From assembly GCF_963921235.1 (NCBI RefSeq), contig NC_086097.1, positions 72,418,001 to 72,482,000 on the forward strand: a stretch of 64,000 bases of DNA, in the 5' to 3' direction. This stretch comes from Mobula hypostoma. Lineage: Eukaryota. Made by a program: the position numbers and the translations under genes. The notes beneath the pieces were generated by a model that saw only the letters and a list, made by a program, of their open reading frames with translations, had not been told where the DNA came from and did no database searches. Below, piece by piece: positions 63,731 to 64,000 of this stretch (positions are counted from its first letter, which is position 1; every line of letters starts with the position of its first letter).

Positions 63731-64000
63731 TGGGGCATTTAGAATCAAAGTCAAAACCTCAGAATAAAGAATTGGTGCTTTAAGACAGGAGATGTATCGA
63801 AATTTCTTTACTGAATGTGGGGAATTTTTAAAAATCTCAATATAAGAGAGCAGAGAACGCTAAGACATTAGGAATATCTAAGACAGTTTGACAGACTTTT
63901 ACATAAGCTAAGGCATATGGAATTAGTTCATACAAGTGGTACCAAGATAAAAGATCAATCATAAGAATGGTGGCACAGGTATGAATCAACTCCGAATACT

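Overview
This is eukaryotic, AT-rich, non-coding DNA (intron or intergenic). The repeat complement looks like a cartilaginous fish, probably a ray or skate; that is an inference from the repeat types, not a database result. I could not support any host protein-coding gene, rRNA, tRNA gene or CRISPR array. Every ORF I could assign is a transposon relic or its antisense shadow. Roughly half of the window is nested mobile-element debris: CR1 LINEs (one near full length with an 86-bp 5' tandem array), Rex1/Babar-type LINE fragments, Penelope-like GIY-YIG retroelements, tRNA-derived V-SINEs, RTE-related non-coding elements, a solo LTR with a 4-bp TSD, and a pol-deleted Gypsy element with both LTRs. 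The most notable signal is a family of about a dozen minimal type I hammerhead-ribozyme motifs (CUGAnGA...GAAACGUC) in the Penelope terminal repeats. One copy has an intact catalytic core (53280-53317), and two occur as ~100-bp stand-alone insertions with their own TSDs. Also notable are a second recurring candidate RNA motif in the RTE-related elements, a ~160-bp local inverted duplication, and an isolated 18-bp-stem hairpin in repeat-poor sequence. Boundaries of degenerate repeats are read by eye and approximate unless a TSD is quoted.
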